DNA of 49,778 nucleotides from positions 1-49,778 of the forward strand of contig JBBQIC010000001.1 in the NCBI GenBank assembly GCA_038324555.1. Direction: 5' to 3'. The DNA comes from Chloroflexia bacterium (lineage in GTDB: Bacteria > Chloroflexota > Chloroflexia > QHBQ01 > JADMIH01). Below, piece by piece: positions 48,520 through 49,778 of the stretch (position 1 is the stretch's first letter; each line of letters opens with the position of its first letter). A model generated the notes under the pieces. The model worked only from the letters and a program-made list of their open reading frames with translations. It did not search any database and was not told the origin of the DNA. The translations under genes and the position numbers were made by a program.

Positions 48520-49778
48520 ATGGACATCCTACTGACGCACGGCTACTTTATAGCCGAAGACCCACACGAACAGAAGATAATGAAGCCGTACCCCACACTT
48601 GGGATACTGTATATCTCCTCGCACCTTAAAGCTAAAGGCTTCAGCGTAGAACTGTACGACACCACTTTCTCCACGAAAGCCGCTTTCCGGGCGTATTTAG
48701 AAGCGAAGCGTCCGCCCATCGTGGGCATCTACACTAATCTGATGACCAAGCTCAACGTTATCCCCATGATCGGGTGGTGCAAATCAGTCGGGGCCAAGGT
48801 CGTGCTGGGCGGACCCGAACCTCCGCACTACGCGGACGAGTTCCTAGACGCAGGGGCCGACGTGGTGGTCATCAGCGAGGGCGAAGAGACGCTGGAAGAG
48901 CTGATCCCTGCCCTACGGGTAGGGGCACACGGCCGTGTGCCCCTACAAGGCGTCAGAGGCATAGTGTTCCGCGACGAAGACGGTAAAACGGTGCGCACGC
49001 CTCCGCGCCCGCTCATAAAGAACCTGGACGCACAGCCCTTCCCCGACCGCGAGGCGATTGATATGGACCGCTACGTAGATACCTGGCGTACAAATCATGG
49101 ACGTGGCTCGGTGTCCCTCATAACGGCGCGCGGCTGTCCTTACACCTGTAAATGGTGCAGCCACTCGGTCTTCGGCAATACCCACAGACGGCGCTCTCCT
49201 GAGAATGTGCTCGCCGAGCTAGAGGAGATTATCGAACGCTACAGCCCCGACCAGCTATGGTACGCCGACGACGTGCTAACTATCCATCGAAGTTGGACCC
49301 TCAACTTCGCCGCGCTGCTAAAAGAGCGGGGCGTCAAGATACCGTTCGAGTGCATTTCGAGGGCCGACCGCCTGGACCCGCAAGTAATAGACGCTCTTGC
49401 GGAGATAGGCTGCGACAAGCTGTGGATAGGCGCGGAGAGCGGCAGCCAGAGGATACTTGACGCGATGAGCAGGCGCACGCAGGCAGAGGACGTGCAAGCC
49501 AAGACGCATATGCTCAGGCGCGCGGGCATCCAAACGGGCATGTTCATCATGCTCGGCTACGAAGGCGAGGAGATACCGGACATCGAGGCCACGGTTGACC
49601 ATCTCAAAAAGGCCGACCCCGACATCTTCCTAACCACAGTCGCCTACCCCATCAAAGGCACCCCCTACTACAACGAAGTCGAGAGCCGCATCATAGAGCA
49701 GACATCCTGGCAGGGGCGCACCGACCGCGACCTCACCGTAGCCGGACGCCACTCCAAACGCTTCTACTCCTTCGCCAC
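48520..49778 (+). CDS. B12-binding-domain radical SAM enzyme (class B), 3' partial
   Basis: Not in the ORF track because it runs off the window. I translated frame 1 from ATG 48520 to the end without finding a stop. Contains MDILLTHGYFIAEDPHEQK..., ITARGCPYTCKWCSH and IGAESGSQRILD. The last complete codon ends at 49776. Confidence 0.8.
   Translation, partial: MDILLTHGYFIAEDPHEQKIMKPYPTLGILYISSHLKAKGFSVELYDTTFSTKAAFRAYLEAKRPPIVGIYTNLMTKLNVIPMIGWCKSVGAKVVLGGPEPPHYADEFLDAGADVVVISEGEETLEELIPALRVGAHGRVPLQGVRGIVFRDEDGKTVRTPPRPLIKNLDAQPFPDREAIDMDRYVDTWRTNHGRGSVSLITARGCPYTCKWCSHSVFGNTHRRRSPENVLAELEEIIERYSPDQLWYADDVLTIHRSWTLNFAALLKERGVKIPFECISRADRLDPQVIDALAEIGCDKLWIGAESGSQRILDAMSRRTQAEDVQAKTHMLRRAGIQTGMFIMLGYEGEEIPDIEATVDHLKKADPDIFLTTVAYPIKGTPYYNEVESRIIEQTSWQGRTDRDLTVAGRHSKRFYSFA
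48919..48946. repeat. Perfect 28-nt palindrome gtaggggcacacgg|ccgtgtgcccctac, in frame in radical SAM 3
   Basis: Read directly from the sequence. Encodes VGAHGRVPL within the B12-binding domain region. Confidence 0.9.

Overview
High-GC bacterial chromosomal window. The phylum is a guess: Chloroflexota-like, based on gene content and the 'VGAHGRAPL'-type GC palindromes. I support 46 CDSs plus one gene fragment, and I found no rRNA, tRNA or CRISPR. Layout: (1) 1-1506, 5'-partial secreted P-domain protein. (2) 1839-9654, an accessory, defence-island-like block: an unknown coiled-coil protein, two paralogous BrxD/DUF2791-like P-loop ATPases, a vapBC pair, a Uma2 nuclease and an Lhr-like SF2 helicase. 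(3) 9719-21160, an 11.4-kb minus-strand Pho supercluster: phoB-phoR-mgsA-pstS-pstS-pstC-pstA-pstB-pstB-phoU. (4) 21440-30879, housekeeping genes: yceD-rpmF-fabH-fabD, add, methyltransferase, NUDIX, accC-asp23-nusB and two ACP-like genes. (5) An ECF sigma/anti-sigma pair, a clan GH-A hydrolase and ComEC. (6) 38266-49778, an envelope/glycoconjugate-type cluster: GT-C transferase, GNAT, PIG-L deacetylase, methyltransferase, GT4 and three cobalamin-type radical SAM enzymes. It is interrupted by a second TA cassette. The most striking sequence-level feature is a set of more than 40 hairpin elements. Their arms are tandem 7-8 nt (sometimes 13 nt) units, for example gatggac, gtgaaac, agggtgagggaat, ggttggaa, gtccaaa and cagggat. 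They fill almost every intergenic gap, supply the stop codons of at least 10 genes, and are inserted in frame in at least 10 CDSs. One copy has terminal inverted repeats and an 11-bp target-site duplication. The best candidate for an undescribed system is the unknown + 2x BrxD-like ATPase + Lhr-like helicase module, which lacks any BREX or TerB core.
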